A stretch of DNA of 63,623 nucleotides, counting the filler, from Sandaracinaceae bacterium (lineage in GTDB: Bacteria > Myxococcota_A > Polyangia > Polyangiales > JADJQN01), in the NCBI GenBank assembly GCA_947483975.1. It is 6 parts of 6 records of this genome, joined end to end, with 100 filler letters (N's around TTAATTAATTAA, not from the genome) between each part and the next. Parts side by side here need not be neighbours in the genome. Positions count along the whole stretch, not along the records: positions 21,380 to 31,907 come from CANKOL010000169.1; 5 more parts are not named here. One strand, written 5' to 3'. A model generated the notes under the pieces. It had not been told where the DNA came from, did no database searches, and was given only the letters and a program-made list of their open reading frames with translations. Both the position numbers and the translations under genes were made by a program. Position 1 is the first letter of the stretch; every line of letters starts with the position of its first letter. Shown here piece after piece: positions 21,546-31,786 of this stretch.

Positions 21546-22534
21546 GGCACGCAGAACGTTCCGTCGCACGACTGCGCCGGGTCCACGCACTCGAGCGCGG
21601 AGCCGGTCATGCCGCACGGCGCCGAGCAGACGTTCGCGCGACAGGTCCCGGGGAAGAGGAAGTCGTCGGTGGTCGAGCCGAGGGGCGCGCACTCTTCGTC
21701 GGCCGAACAGTCCCGGCGCTGCCACGCCGCGAAGAACGTCGTGCAGGAGGTGATGAGCGGGAGACAGTCGCTCGTCGTCGCGTCACAGGCGGTCCCTTGC
21801 GGGCACGAGCCATCGCTCGCGCAGCGCGCGACGCAGACCCGCTCGAGCGGGGTGTCCCGCTGCAGGCAGCGCGTCTCGAACGTCCCGATCGCGCCGCGGC
21901 AGTCGACGTCGAGTTTGCACGGCGCGCACTGCGCCGGCACGAACGAGCGGCACACGCCGTAGGCCACGTCGCAGACGGGCGTCGCCGCGCCGCAGTCGTC
22001 GCTCGTGCGGCACTCGACGCACGTCCCGGTGCGCGGGTAGCAATAGGTCCCGCCGGAGCAGATCACGTCGGCGCAGGGGTCGATCACGCCGAGGTCGGGC
22101 GGGCCCATATCCGGGCGCGGCGTCGTGCGCGTGACGCACACTCCGTGGGTGCACTGCTCGCCCGCGGTGCAGGCGTCGTCGTTGGCGCAGCCCGCGTAGC
22201 AGTGCCCGAGCAGACAGACCTGCCCGGTCGCGCAACCGCTGCCGAGCGCGGCGCGCGCCCCGCCGGTGCCGCCATCAGTCGGCGCTCCCCCACCGTCCGC
22301 CGCCGGACCACCGTCCGACATCAGCCCGCCGCCGTCCCGCGCCGGACCGCCGTCCGACATCAGCCCGCCGCCGTCCGTCGTCGGCGCTGGCTCGTCCGAG
22401 ATGCACTCGATGCCGAGGTCCCGCGGAGTCGCGGGGAACGTCGGCAGATCCTCCCCGCAGCCGAGGAGCCCGACGAGCGGCAAAGCCAGGAAGAACAGGG
22501 AAGCGAGAAGTCCGAGGAAGTGGGCGCGCGCCAT
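21542..22534 (-). CDS. Cys-rich lipoprotein with DGG linker repeats
   Basis: MARAHFLG..LLGC lipobox, duplicated DGGGLMSDGGPA linker, many C-x(n)-C modules. Confidence 0.8.
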   Translation of the reverse strand: MARAHFLGLLASLFFLALPLVGLLGCGEDLPTFPATPRDLGIECISDEPAPTTDGGGLMSDGGPARDGGGLMSDGGPAADGGGAPTDGGTGGARAALGSGCATGQVCLLGHCYAGCANDDACTAGEQCTHGVCVTRTTPRPDMGPPDLGVIDPCADVICSGGTYCYPRTGTCVECRTSDDCGAATPVCDVAYGVCRSFVPAQCAPCKLDVDCRGAIGTFETRCLQRDTPLERVCVARCASDGSCPQGTACDATTSDCLPLITSCTTFFAAWQRRDCSADEECAPLGSTTDDFLFPGTCRANVCSAPCGMTGSALECVDPAQSCDGTFCVP

Positions 22535-22601
22535 GGTCCCGGAATCTAACACGACGACCGCGCATTGCGCGGACGACGGCAGCCGATACCCTACGGCCCC
22601 C

Positions 22602-23423
22602 ATGCCCCACGTCCACGCTGGTGCGCTCCTCGAGCGCGCCCCCGGCCCGCGGTACCTCGCGCGCCTCCGCTTCGCCGAGGTCGCGCTGCGCGCTCCTCTC
22701 CCCCGCCCCGCCACACTCACCCGCTGGCGCGCGGCGCTGCCCGAAGGCTTCGTCCTTTCGCTCGTCGCGCCCAAGACGTCCGTCGTCTCCGCGCGCGGGC
22801 CGCTGCGCTTCGATGACGCGCTCGAGGCGGGCTTCGCTTGGCTTCAGGCGTCGGCCGACGCGCTGAAGGCACAGTTCGTCGTCGTCCCGACGCCCGCGAG
22901 CCTGACGACGGGCCAGCGCGATCGCGATCTGCTCGCCGCCTACGTCGAGCGTCTCCGCGCGCACGCCCCCACCCGGCAGATCGTGTGGGCCCCGACCGGT
23001 CTCTGGGAGCCCGACGCCGCCCAGGTCTTCGCCAAGCACCTCGGCATCCTCTGCGCGTTCGATCCCCTCGAAGCGCCCGCCCCCGACGATCCGGTCATCT
23101 ACGCGCGCCTCGAGGCGCTCGGCGGCCGCCAGCGCTTCGCGGATCCGCTCCTGCGCGACGTCTCCGAGTTGCTCGACGCGAGCGACGCCGCCGACGCGTA
23201 CGTCGCGATCGCCTCGCCGCAGTCATTCCAGCAGGCGAGCCGCCTCGCGCAGATCGCGAGCGACGCACCCCTCGCGGGCAGCGCAGGCGTCGTCGAGGGC
23301 GAGGACGCGCTCGAGGACGACGAAGACGAGGACGGCGACGAGGACGGCGACGACGACGAAGACGACGACGAAGACGACGAAGACGACGACGACGACGACG
23401 ACGACGCTGACGACGGGAGCTGA
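22602..23423 (+). CDS. Divergent DUF72-like protein with poly-Asp/Glu tail
   Basis: TLTRWRAALPEGFVLSLVAPK, VVPTPAS, AFDPL and IYARL pattern. Confidence 0.65.
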   Translation: MPHVHAGALLERAPGPRYLARLRFAEVALRAPLPRPATLTRWRAALPEGFVLSLVAPKTSVVSARGPLRFDDALEAGFAWLQASADALKAQFVVVPTPASLTTGQRDRDLLAAYVERLRAHAPTRQIVWAPTGLWEPDAAQVFAKHLGILCAFDPLEAPAPDDPVIYARLEALGGRQRFADPLLRDVSELLDASDAADAYVAIASPQSFQQASRLAQIASDAPLAGSAGVVEGEDALEDDEDEDGDEDGDDDEDDDEDDEDDDDDDDDADDGS

Positions 23424-23425
23424 CG

Positions 23426-24853
23426 CTGGACCCCGTCGGAGCGCTCGGCGCGCTCTGCGGGGCGCTCGTTCGGCGGGTCGACGCCCTCAGCGACCGAGTG
23501 CTCGCGCTCGGCTTGGACGTCGGCTGCACGCTCGTCGTCGGCACGGCTCGCTCGGCGCGGGGCGTAGGGCTGATCAGCGCGCGAAAGAAGGGCAGCAGCC
23601 CAGCGAGCGCCCTCGCCAACCACCTGCGCCCGCACCTCGAGGGCGCGATGCTCACCGACGCGCGCGTGCAAGAGTCGACGCTCCTGCTGTCGTTCGCGGG
23701 CACCGGAGCAGCCGCGACGCTCGCCTGCGCGCTCGAGGGCACGGATGGCGCCCTCGCGCTGCTGGATCCGTCGGGGCTCGTGCTCGTGACGACCTCGCCC
23801 CGGGCGCACCCGCTCGGCGAGCCGTTCGCCGCCGCCGCCGCGCGCGCGCCCCTCGCCTTGCCCCAATCGCTCGCCGAGCTCGAGGCGTCGGGCGAGGCGC
23901 TCCTGCGCGCGCACGCGCTCGCCAACCTCGACGCCCGGCGCCGCGCCCTCGAGCGGGCCGTGCGCCGTGGGCTCGAGCGCGCGACGCGTCGGCTCGACGC
24001 CATCGGCCAAGACCTCGCCGCGAGCGCCGAGGCCGGTACGCTGCGGATGCGCGCTTCGCTGCTGCTCGCGCACGCGCGCGAGGTCGCGGACGACGCCACC
24101 GAGGTTCGGCTCCTCGACGAGACGTCCGAGGTGCCCGTCGTGCACATCGTTCCGCTCCCGCGCGAGCACGGCCGACCGAGCGGTCCCCGCGCCGCGATCG
24201 AGCTCGCACAGAAGCTCTTCGTCCGCGCGCGCAAGCTCGACACCGGCGCGCGCATCGCGAGCGAGCGCCGCACCCGCACCCTCGAGGAGCGCGCACAGCT
24301 CGCCGCTCTGCTCGAGCGCGTGCTCCTCGCGATGGACGAACGCGCCCTCGGATCCCTCGCCGCCCAAGCGCACGCGCTCGGCGTCGTCGGCGCGCAGAGC
24401 TCCCTGACGGCGCGCGCGGACCTCTCCGAGAAGAAGCGCCGCGCACGCCCGGAGGAGCGCGTCCCGTACCGCCGCTTTCTCGCGACGGGCGAACGCCCGG
24501 TGCTCGTCGGGCGCGGCGCCGCCGACAACGACGCGCTCACGCTCCGGCACGCCCGCTCGCAGGACCTCTGGCTCCACGCGCGCGGCGTTCCGGGCGCGCA
24601 CGTCGTGGTCCCGCTGACCCGCGGCGAGGTCTGCCCGCCGGAGCTGCTGCTCGACGCCGCGACCCTCGCCGCCCACTTCAGCGACGCGCGCGGTGAGCCG
24701 CTCGTCGAGGTGCAGCACGCCCCGCGGCGCTACGTGCGCAAGCCGCGCGGCTCCGCGCCCGGCGCCGTCCTCGTCGACCGCGAGAAAGTGCTCGCCCTCC
24801 GCCTCGAGTCGGCTCGCCTCGCCAGGCTGCTCGCGCGCGAGTCGCTGACCTAG
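23426..24853 (+). CDS. NFACT family protein (RqcH/FbpA-like) with NFACT-R domain
   Basis: AQKLFVRARKL, VLVGRGAADNDALT, DLWLHARGVPGAHVVV, AATLAAHFS, YVRKPRGSAPGAV. Start is CTG 23426 or GTG 23498. Confidence 0.88.
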   Translation: MDPVGALGALCGALVRRVDALSDRVLALGLDVGCTLVVGTARSARGVGLISARKKGSSPASALANHLRPHLEGAMLTDARVQESTLLLSFAGTGAAATLACALEGTDGALALLDPSGLVLVTTSPRAHPLGEPFAAAAARAPLALPQSLAELEASGEALLRAHALANLDARRRALERAVRRGLERATRRLDAIGQDLAASAEAGTLRMRASLLLAHAREVADDATEVRLLDETSEVPVVHIVPLPREHGRPSGPRAAIELAQKLFVRARKLDTGARIASERRTRTLEERAQLAALLERVLLAMDERALGSLAAQAHALGVVGAQSSLTARADLSEKKRRARPEERVPYRRFLATGERPVLVGRGAADNDALTLRHARSQDLWLHARGVPGAHVVVPLTRGEVCPPELLLDAATLAAHFSDARGEPLVEVQHAPRRYVRKPRGSAPGAVLVDREKVLALRLESARLARLLARESLT

Positions 24854-24897
24854 CTCGCCGGCGTCGCGCCGGAGGCGGTGCGCCTTCGTCGCGCCCC

Positions 24898-24938
24898 AAA
24901 TAGGAACGTCCCAGTGGCGAAGCCTCTGGGACGTCCCT
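24898..24938 (-). terminator. Terminator-like hairpin
   Basis: AGGGACGTCCCAG...CTGGGACGTTCCT followed by ATTT on the minus strand. Confidence 0.6.
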
Positions 24939-25373
24939 CGCGCTGTCTGACCCTAATGGGGGCCGCGACCTGCGCGCCATCTTTTGTCTTACCGCTCGGT
25001 GCGCCCAGTCCTGTCCTTGGAGGACTGGCCCGAGCCCCGAGGCACTCGCGGAAATGACCCAGCGAGCGCCACGGGCGAGGCGAAACCAGCTGCCAGCCAG
25101 CACTTCGCTGACTTGCGACCGAGCCAGCACCTCGCTGGCCCACGGCCGACCCAGCTTTTCGCTGGGCCACAGCTACCGGCCAGCACCCCGCTGGCTCACC
25201 GCTGGCTCAGCATATGGCTGTCCAGCAGTGCCGCCCCCTCCGCTATCCTCCGACACGACCCCCTGCCGGGCGCCGTGCGGGCCGCGGTTCCAACCTCGGC
25301 GACCATGAGGGTCGCCAAAGTCACCCCACGAGAGTCTGAACGAGCCCGAACACTCCGCGAACGAGCGGGGTGA
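24898..25373 (-). ncRNA. Candidate structured RNA or long 3' UTR downstream of the histone-like gene
   Basis: About 10 hairpins, most stem mismatches resolving as G-U only on the minus strand; ends in a terminator-like stem followed by ATTT. Confidence 0.5.
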
Positions 25374-25721
25374 TCAGGTGCTCGAAACCGGCGGCACGCC
25401 GAACACTTCGGCAGCCGGCTTCTTGGCGGCGGCCTTCTTCGCGGGCGCCTTCTTGGCGGCCGGGGCTGCCTTCTTGGCGGCCGGGGCTGCCTTCTTGGCG
25501 GCCGGGGCTGCCTTCTTGGCGGCCGGCTTCTTGGCGGGGGCGGCCTTCTTGGCGGGCGCCTTCTTGGCCGGGGCGGCCTTCTTGGCGGGCGCCTTCTTGA
25601 CGGCTGCCTTCTTGGCGGGCGCCTTCTTGGCCGGAGCGGCCTTCTTGGCGGGCGCCTTCTTGGCGGCTACGGGCTTCTTCGCTGCTACGGGCTTCTTCGC
25701 GGGGGTCTTTGCCTTGGCCAT
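25374..25721 (-). CDS. Histone H1-like Lys/Ala/Pro-rich protein
   Basis: 115 aa of AKKAPAKK repeats. GAGGAGG RBS upstream. AT-rich upstream region 25760-25920. Confidence 0.85.
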   Translation of the reverse strand: MAKAKTPAKKPVAAKKPVAAKKAPAKKAAPAKKAPAKKAAVKKAPAKKAAPAKKAPAKKAAPAKKPAAKKAAPAAKKAAPAAKKAAPAAKKAPAKKAAAKKPAAEVFGVPPVSST

Positions 25722-26019
25722 GATGTCTTCCTCCTCTGGCGGTGTATGCCAGACGATGTGAACCGTATTGTCACGTCACGTCACCTGTCAAGCCGGAACA
25801 ACCATAATTTATATCTAACTTAGCGCTCTTTGGACACTGAGTGAACGTCGACATTTGCAAGTAGCTGAAATCGCACAAAAAAAACATATGGCGATCCAGA
25901 CCCGCGGAAGTGTTGAGAAAGCACGATCCGGAGCCCTCCGCTGATCGCGTTGACACCCGGGAAGGGCCGCTCTACGGTCGGCTCGCCTCGTGGGGAGGCG
26001 GCGAGCCAGGAGTGACGAG

Positions 26020-26877
26020 ATGACGATGCTTCGAGTCGGGACGGTAGGAACTGTCGGAGCGTTTGCGCTCCTCACGGTGGGGCTCTTGGGCGCGGGCTGC
26101 GGGCCCTCCGAGGCGCAGATCGCCGCTGAAAACCGGGCTCACGAGCTCGAGCAGCAGCTGGCGGACGCGAACACGGCCCGGCAGGGGCTCGACCGCCGCC
26201 TGACGGAGCTGACGGCGACGAACGAGGCCATGACGGAGCGCCTGCGCGCCCTCGGCCAGAACGTCGAGGGGCTCCAGTCCCACGTCCAGGGGCTGCAGTC
26301 GGACCTCGACCGCACCCAGCGCGCCCTGACCGAGCTACAGGAGCGCGAGCGCCAGGCGCAGGCGCGCCTCGCCACGTTCCGGCAGATGGTCGAGCGCTTC
26401 CGCGCGATGATCGCCAGCGGCCGGCTGCGCGTCCGCATCGTGCGCGGCCGAATGGTCGTCGAGCTGCCGGACAACATCCTGTTCGAGTCGGGCGAAGCCG
26501 ACCTCAAGGACGCGGGTCAGGCTGCGCTCAGCGAGATCGTCGAGGTCCTCAAGACGATCCCGGGCCGCGACTTCCAGGTCGCCGGACACACGGACAACGT
26601 GCCGATCCACTCGCGCCGCTTCCCGTCCAACTGGGAGCTCTCGACCTCGCGCGCCGTCGCCGTCACGAAGTTCATGATCGAGCGCGGGCTCGAGGGCAGC
26701 CGCCTCTCCGCCGCGGGCTGCGCCGAGATGGCGCCCGTCGCCCCCAACGACACCCCCGAGGGCCGCGCGCAGAACCGACGCATCGAGATCATCTTGCTCC
26801 CGAACCTCGACGAGCTGCCGGACCTCTCCTCGCTCGAGGGCCCGCCGGCCCCGGCTCCCGCGACGCCCGCTCCCTGA
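26020..26877 (+). CDS. OmpA/MotB-family lipoprotein with coiled coil
   Basis: Lipobox GAGC, ILFESGEA, AGHTDNVPI, NWELSTSRA, RAQNRRIEI. AGGAG RBS. Confidence 0.9.
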   Translation: MTMLRVGTVGTVGAFALLTVGLLGAGCGPSEAQIAAENRAHELEQQLADANTARQGLDRRLTELTATNEAMTERLRALGQNVEGLQSHVQGLQSDLDRTQRALTELQERERQAQARLATFRQMVERFRAMIASGRLRVRIVRGRMVVELPDNILFESGEADLKDAGQAALSEIVEVLKTIPGRDFQVAGHTDNVPIHSRRFPSNWELSTSRAVAVTKFMIERGLEGSRLSAAGCAEMAPVAPNDTPEGRAQNRRIEIILLPNLDELPDLSSLEGPPAPAPATPAP

Positions 26878-27124
26878 GTAGGCTGTGCGTTCTGATCGGG
26901 CGAGACGAGCGTCTCGCCTGGACTCCCCCTCCCCGGTCCGGTACGCTCGGCCCGCTTCTGCGCTCCCCAGCGCTTCCGCTCTCCGCGAGAAACGGTCTCG
27001 CGCGGGAATACGGATCACCGGGGCAGGGTTCGAGGCCGTCCTACCGGACATGTCGACCGGCGGGGCGTCAAGCGCGACTTCGGAACGCCTCGTGCGTCGC
27101 CGGGGTCGGTGGAGGAGTCCTTCC

Positions 27125-27631
27125 ATGCAGGCTCGTAGCGAGAAGCTCTTCAAGGTCGGTGACAAGGCCGTCTATCCCGCGCAGGGAGTGGCCGAGGTGA
27201 TCTCGATCGAAGAGAAGGACATTGCCGGGAACCGGCAGCAGTTCTACGTCCTTCGAATCCTCGACACCGACCGCAAGATCATGGTCCCGGTCAACAACGC
27301 CAAGTCCGTTGGGCTGCGCGCGCCGATCACCGAGACCGAGATCCGCGAGATCTTCGAGATCCTCAAGGAGCAGACGGTCGCCTTCGACAACCAGACGTGG
27401 AACCGCCGCTACCGCGGGTTCATGGACAAGATCAAGACCGGCAGCGTCTTCGATGTCGCCGAGGTCATGCGCGACCTCTACCGCCTCAAGGCGGAGAAGA
27501 GCCTGTCGTTCGGGGAGCGCCGTATGCTCGAGACCGCCCGCTCCTTGATCGTCAAGGAGATCGCCGTCGCGCGCCGCAAGCCCGAAGAGAAGGTCCGCGC
27601 CGAGATCGAGAAGATCTTCGAAGCGAACTGA
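27125..27631 (+). CDS. cdnL: CarD-family RNA polymerase-binding factor (CdnL type)
   Basis: FKVGDKAVYPAQGV, TWNRRYR, LSFGERRML. 168 aa with no HMGA-like tail. GGAGGAG RBS. Confidence 0.88.
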   Translation: MQARSEKLFKVGDKAVYPAQGVAEVISIEEKDIAGNRQQFYVLRILDTDRKIMVPVNNAKSVGLRAPITETEIREIFEILKEQTVAFDNQTWNRRYRGFMDKIKTGSVFDVAEVMRDLYRLKAEKSLSFGERRMLETARSLIVKEIAVARRKPEEKVRAEIEKIFEAN

Positions 27632-27658
27632 GCTCGGAGCCCGGCGCCCGTGACCGCG

Positions 27659-27692
27659 CCCTCCCCCGGCCCTCTCCCCTCGGGGGGAGAGG
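27659..27692. repeat. REP-like palindrome (CCCTCTCCC..GGGAGAGG family)
   Basis: CCCTCCCCCGGCCCTCTCCCCTCGGGGGGAGAGG. Relatives at 45766, 46260 and 60062. Confidence 0.7.
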
Positions 27693-27901
27693 CGCTGGAA
27701 GCGGTGAGGGCGCTGGAAAAAGCGGGCGCTCGAGCGCGACGGTGGGTTGAAGAGTTGGGGTAGGCAGCGCGGGTTGTCGGCGGCGAGCCGCGAGCAAGCG
27801 CTCGGCACCGAAGTGAGAGCAAGCGCAAAGCGCGCTGGCGCGCATGCCCCCGTGCGGTGTACGCTGCGGCCTGGCTTCGGCTACGAGGCCAGTCGTCTTC
27901 T

Positions 27902-27986
27902 TTCCGGCCTAGGATTTCCCTCGGCTTCGTTCCGGCCCTGGGTTCTGCCTCGGCCTCGTTCCGGCCTGGGGTTCCCCTCGGCCTCC
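27902..27986 (+). repeat. 28-29-bp tandem hairpin repeat x3 in the RNase G/E upstream region
   Basis: TTCCGGCCTAGGATTTCCCTCGGCTTCG / TTCCGGCCCTGGGTTCTGCCTCGGCCTCG / TTCCGGCCTGGGGTTCCCCTCGGCCTCC. Confidence 0.75.
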
Positions 27987-28107
27987 GCGGCCTCCGCCTC
28001 GTGCGGCGGGTCGCTTCACGCAGATTTCGTGACGCCTCGGCGTCGCTCCAATTCCGTCCGTGCGCGCGCCCCGGAGTGCCCGCCCGGGCCACAGCTTCCA
28101 GGTTCGG

Positions 28108-29631
<1,524 letters not shown>

Positions 29632-29632
29632 C

Positions 29633-30034
29633 GTGCCTGACCAAGCGAAGCCAGCGTCGGCGGGGCGACCCGCCGGCCAAGACGGGGAGACGCAGGCCGA
29701 GCTCGACGCCGCAGAGGCGAGCCGCCTGGAAGAGCGCGTCACGATCAACAAGGAGTTCGAGTCCTTCGACGCGTTCATCCACGAGTACGTGACCAACATC
29801 TCGCGCTCGGGCGTCTTCGTGAAGTCCAAGCAGCCGCTCCCCGTCGGCACGCGGGTGAACCTGAAGTTCACGGTGATCATGGACGACATCGAGACGATCG
29901 AGGGCGTCGGCGAGGTCGTCCGCGTCGAGAGCGATCCGCCCGGGATGGGCGTCGTCTTCACGGAGCTGAGCCAGTACTCGAAGCACCTGATCGATCGGCT
30001 GCTCACGGTGCCGCGCGCGGCCGCTGAGCCCTGA
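29633..30034 (+). CDS. PilZ-domain protein (myxobacterial TIGR02266 type)
   Basis: RLEER, YVTNISRSGVFV and PGMGVVF motifs. Confidence 0.85.
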   Translation: MPDQAKPASAGRPAGQDGETQAELDAAEASRLEERVTINKEFESFDAFIHEYVTNISRSGVFVKSKQPLPVGTRVNLKFTVIMDDIETIEGVGEVVRVESDPPGMGVVFTELSQYSKHLIDRLLTVPRAAAEP

Positions 30035-30046
30035 GCGCGCACCCTC

Positions 30047-30523
30047 GTGGGCGTGATCGATCGCTTTGCGCAGCTCGCCCGAGGGACCCTCGTGAGCCTC
30101 ACGGACCGCACCTTCGGACGCACGCAGAAGCCGCTCGCTGAGCTCTCGGACTCTGAGCTCGAGGAGGAGCTGATCCGTCGCCGCCGCGCGCGCGCAGCCA
30201 AGCGCAGCGGCGGCGCGAGCGCCGAGGAGGCCAACGCCGAAGAGGCGCGCGAGCGCGTGGCGAAGGACGAGCCGAAGCCGAGCCCCGCGAAGGAGCCCCC
30301 GCGCTCGCCGCAGGAGCAGCAGCTGACGCAGTACTACGCGAACCTCGAGCTGAGCCCGGGCGCGACGCTCGACGAGGTGCGCAAGGCGTACCGCGACCTG
30401 ATGAAGCGCTACCACCCCGACAAGCACCTCGGCGATCCCGAGCGCCACAAGGCGGCGACCGAGCTCGCGCAGAGCCTGACGCGCGCGTACACAGCGCTCG
30501 TCGAGACGCTCGGCAAGAAGTGA
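30047..30523 (+). CDS. J-domain protein
   Basis: C-terminal YYANLEL..VRKAYR..YHPDK. Confidence 0.88.
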   Translation: MGVIDRFAQLARGTLVSLTDRTFGRTQKPLAELSDSELEEELIRRRRARAAKRSGGASAEEANAEEARERVAKDEPKPSPAKEPPRSPQEQQLTQYYANLELSPGATLDEVRKAYRDLMKRYHPDKHLGDPERHKAATELAQSLTRAYTALVETLGKK

Positions 30524-30610
30524 GTCGCTCCGCGCGGCGGTAGGCGTCGATTCGCCGTCCTCTCGAGCCCCGACGCAACCGCTCTGCTCCCCGCCCGATG
30601 ACGTCGCCAC

Positions 30611-31681
30611 ATGGCCGACGTCCAGCCGCACGACGCGTTGATGAAGGTGCTGTTCGGCACGCCGGAGCGCGCCATCGCGCTGCTGCGCGGGGCGCTGCCG
30701 CCTGGCGTCTGCGCTGCCCTCGATTGGCCCACGCTGCGCCAGCTGCCGACGGACCTCGTCGACGACGACCTGCACGCGCGAGTGCCGGACTTCCTCTTCG
30801 CGGTCATGCCGCGCTCGGACGCGAACGCCTCTGTCGATAGGCACGCAATCAACGCTCGCGCCTCCAAATCCGCGCGACCAGAAGAGGCCTATGTCGCCGT
30901 GCTCCTCGAGCACCAGAGTCGCCAGGCGAAGTGGATGGCCCTGCGCTTGCTCGGCGGCACCGTGCGCCTCCTCGAGCGCGCGAGGGGTAAGTCGCCGCGG
31001 AGCCTGCCCGTCGTGCTGCCCGTCGTGCTCCATCACGGGAAGCGCCCGTGGACGGCGCCGCAGGACCTCGATGCGCTCGTCGCCGTCCCGCCGCCGCTCG
31101 CGGCGTTCGTGGCGCAGAGCGGCCTCCGCTTTCGCTACTTCGTCCTCGACCTCGCGACGCTCGACGACGACGCGCTCGCTGCGCTGGCGCCCGACGTCTT
31201 CGCGCTGCTCGCCCTCGCCGCGCTGCGCGACTCCCGCACTGCGCCGGACCTGACGACGCTGCTCTTGGGCCTCGCGGGCTTCCTCGAGCGCTACCGCCGC
31301 GACGGCGACCTGCGCGCGGCCCTCGACCTCGTGCTCCGCTATACTGCCCACGTACGCAGAGCCGAAGCGGCCGACCTGCGCAGGATCATCGAGGTCTCGG
31401 GCGCGCTGCCGCCGCTGATGGAGGACGACATGAAGACGATCGCGCAGGCGCTGCAGGAGATGGGGGAAGTGCGGGGAGAGGCGCGAGGAGTCGTCCTCGG
31501 GGAGGCGCGAGGAGAGGCGCGAGGCCTGTCGCGCTCACTGCTCCGCGTCGTCGAGCGTCGCTTCGGCGCCGTGCCCGAAGCGCTCCGCGCGCGCATCGCC
31601 TCTGCCGACGTGGAGACGCTCGAGCGCTGGATCGACCGCGCCATTTCCGTCGAGCGCGCGGAGGACGTGCTCGACGGGTGA
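30611..31681 (+). CDS. Rpn family (YhgA-like) PD-(D/E)XK nuclease with DUF4351-like C-terminus
   Basis: HDALMK, LDWPTL, PDFLFAV, LLEHQS, LPVVLPVVLHHG..W, GEARG repeats, RRFG..ADVETLERW. Confidence 0.92.
   Translation: MADVQPHDALMKVLFGTPERAIALLRGALPPGVCAALDWPTLRQLPTDLVDDDLHARVPDFLFAVMPRSDANASVDRHAINARASKSARPEEAYVAVLLEHQSRQAKWMALRLLGGTVRLLERARGKSPRSLPVVLPVVLHHGKRPWTAPQDLDALVAVPPPLAAFVAQSGLRFRYFVLDLATLDDDALAALAPDVFALLALAALRDSRTAPDLTTLLLGLAGFLERYRRDGDLRAALDLVLRYTAHVRRAEAADLRRIIEVSGALPPLMEDDMKTIAQALQEMGEVRGEARGVVLGEARGEARGLSRSLLRVVERRFGAVPEALRARIASADVETLERWIDRAISVERAEDVLDG
31430..31681 (+). CDS. Putative nested small antitoxin (RpnS-like), 83 aa, in frame within the Rpn gene
   Basis: GGAGG (31420-31424), 5 nt, ATG, giving MKTIAQALQE. 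Confidence 0.65.
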   Translation: MKTIAQALQEMGEVRGEARGVVLGEARGEARGLSRSLLRVVERRFGAVPEALRARIASADVETLERWIDRAISVERAEDVLDG

Positions 31682-31786
31682 GGGGTTGGCGGGGCGCGGG
31701 CTCCTCGCGCACTCCTCGTGGCCTCGCTGTTGGGGCCCAGGCTCCCCAACGCAACTCTTGCTCGACGCGCCCGATGACGTCGCCAC

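Noticed and set aside
25095..25225. Mini-CRISPR
   Set aside because: The conserved part is only about 17 nt with variable loops and ~10-nt linkers, too short for CRISPR repeats and spacers.
24898..25373. tmRNA, RNase P RNA or SRP RNA
   Set aside because: No tRNA-like ends with CCA, no GAGGAAAGUCC motif and no SRP domain IV motif found by eye.
25378..25761. Hydrophobic AAFLAG-repeat ORF on the plus strand
   Set aside because: Antisense shadow of the Lys/Ala-rich H1-like gene, which has the RBS.
26020..26877. Flagellar stator MotB
   Set aside because: It has a lipobox and coiled coil, lacks the TM Asp motif, and has no motA neighbour.
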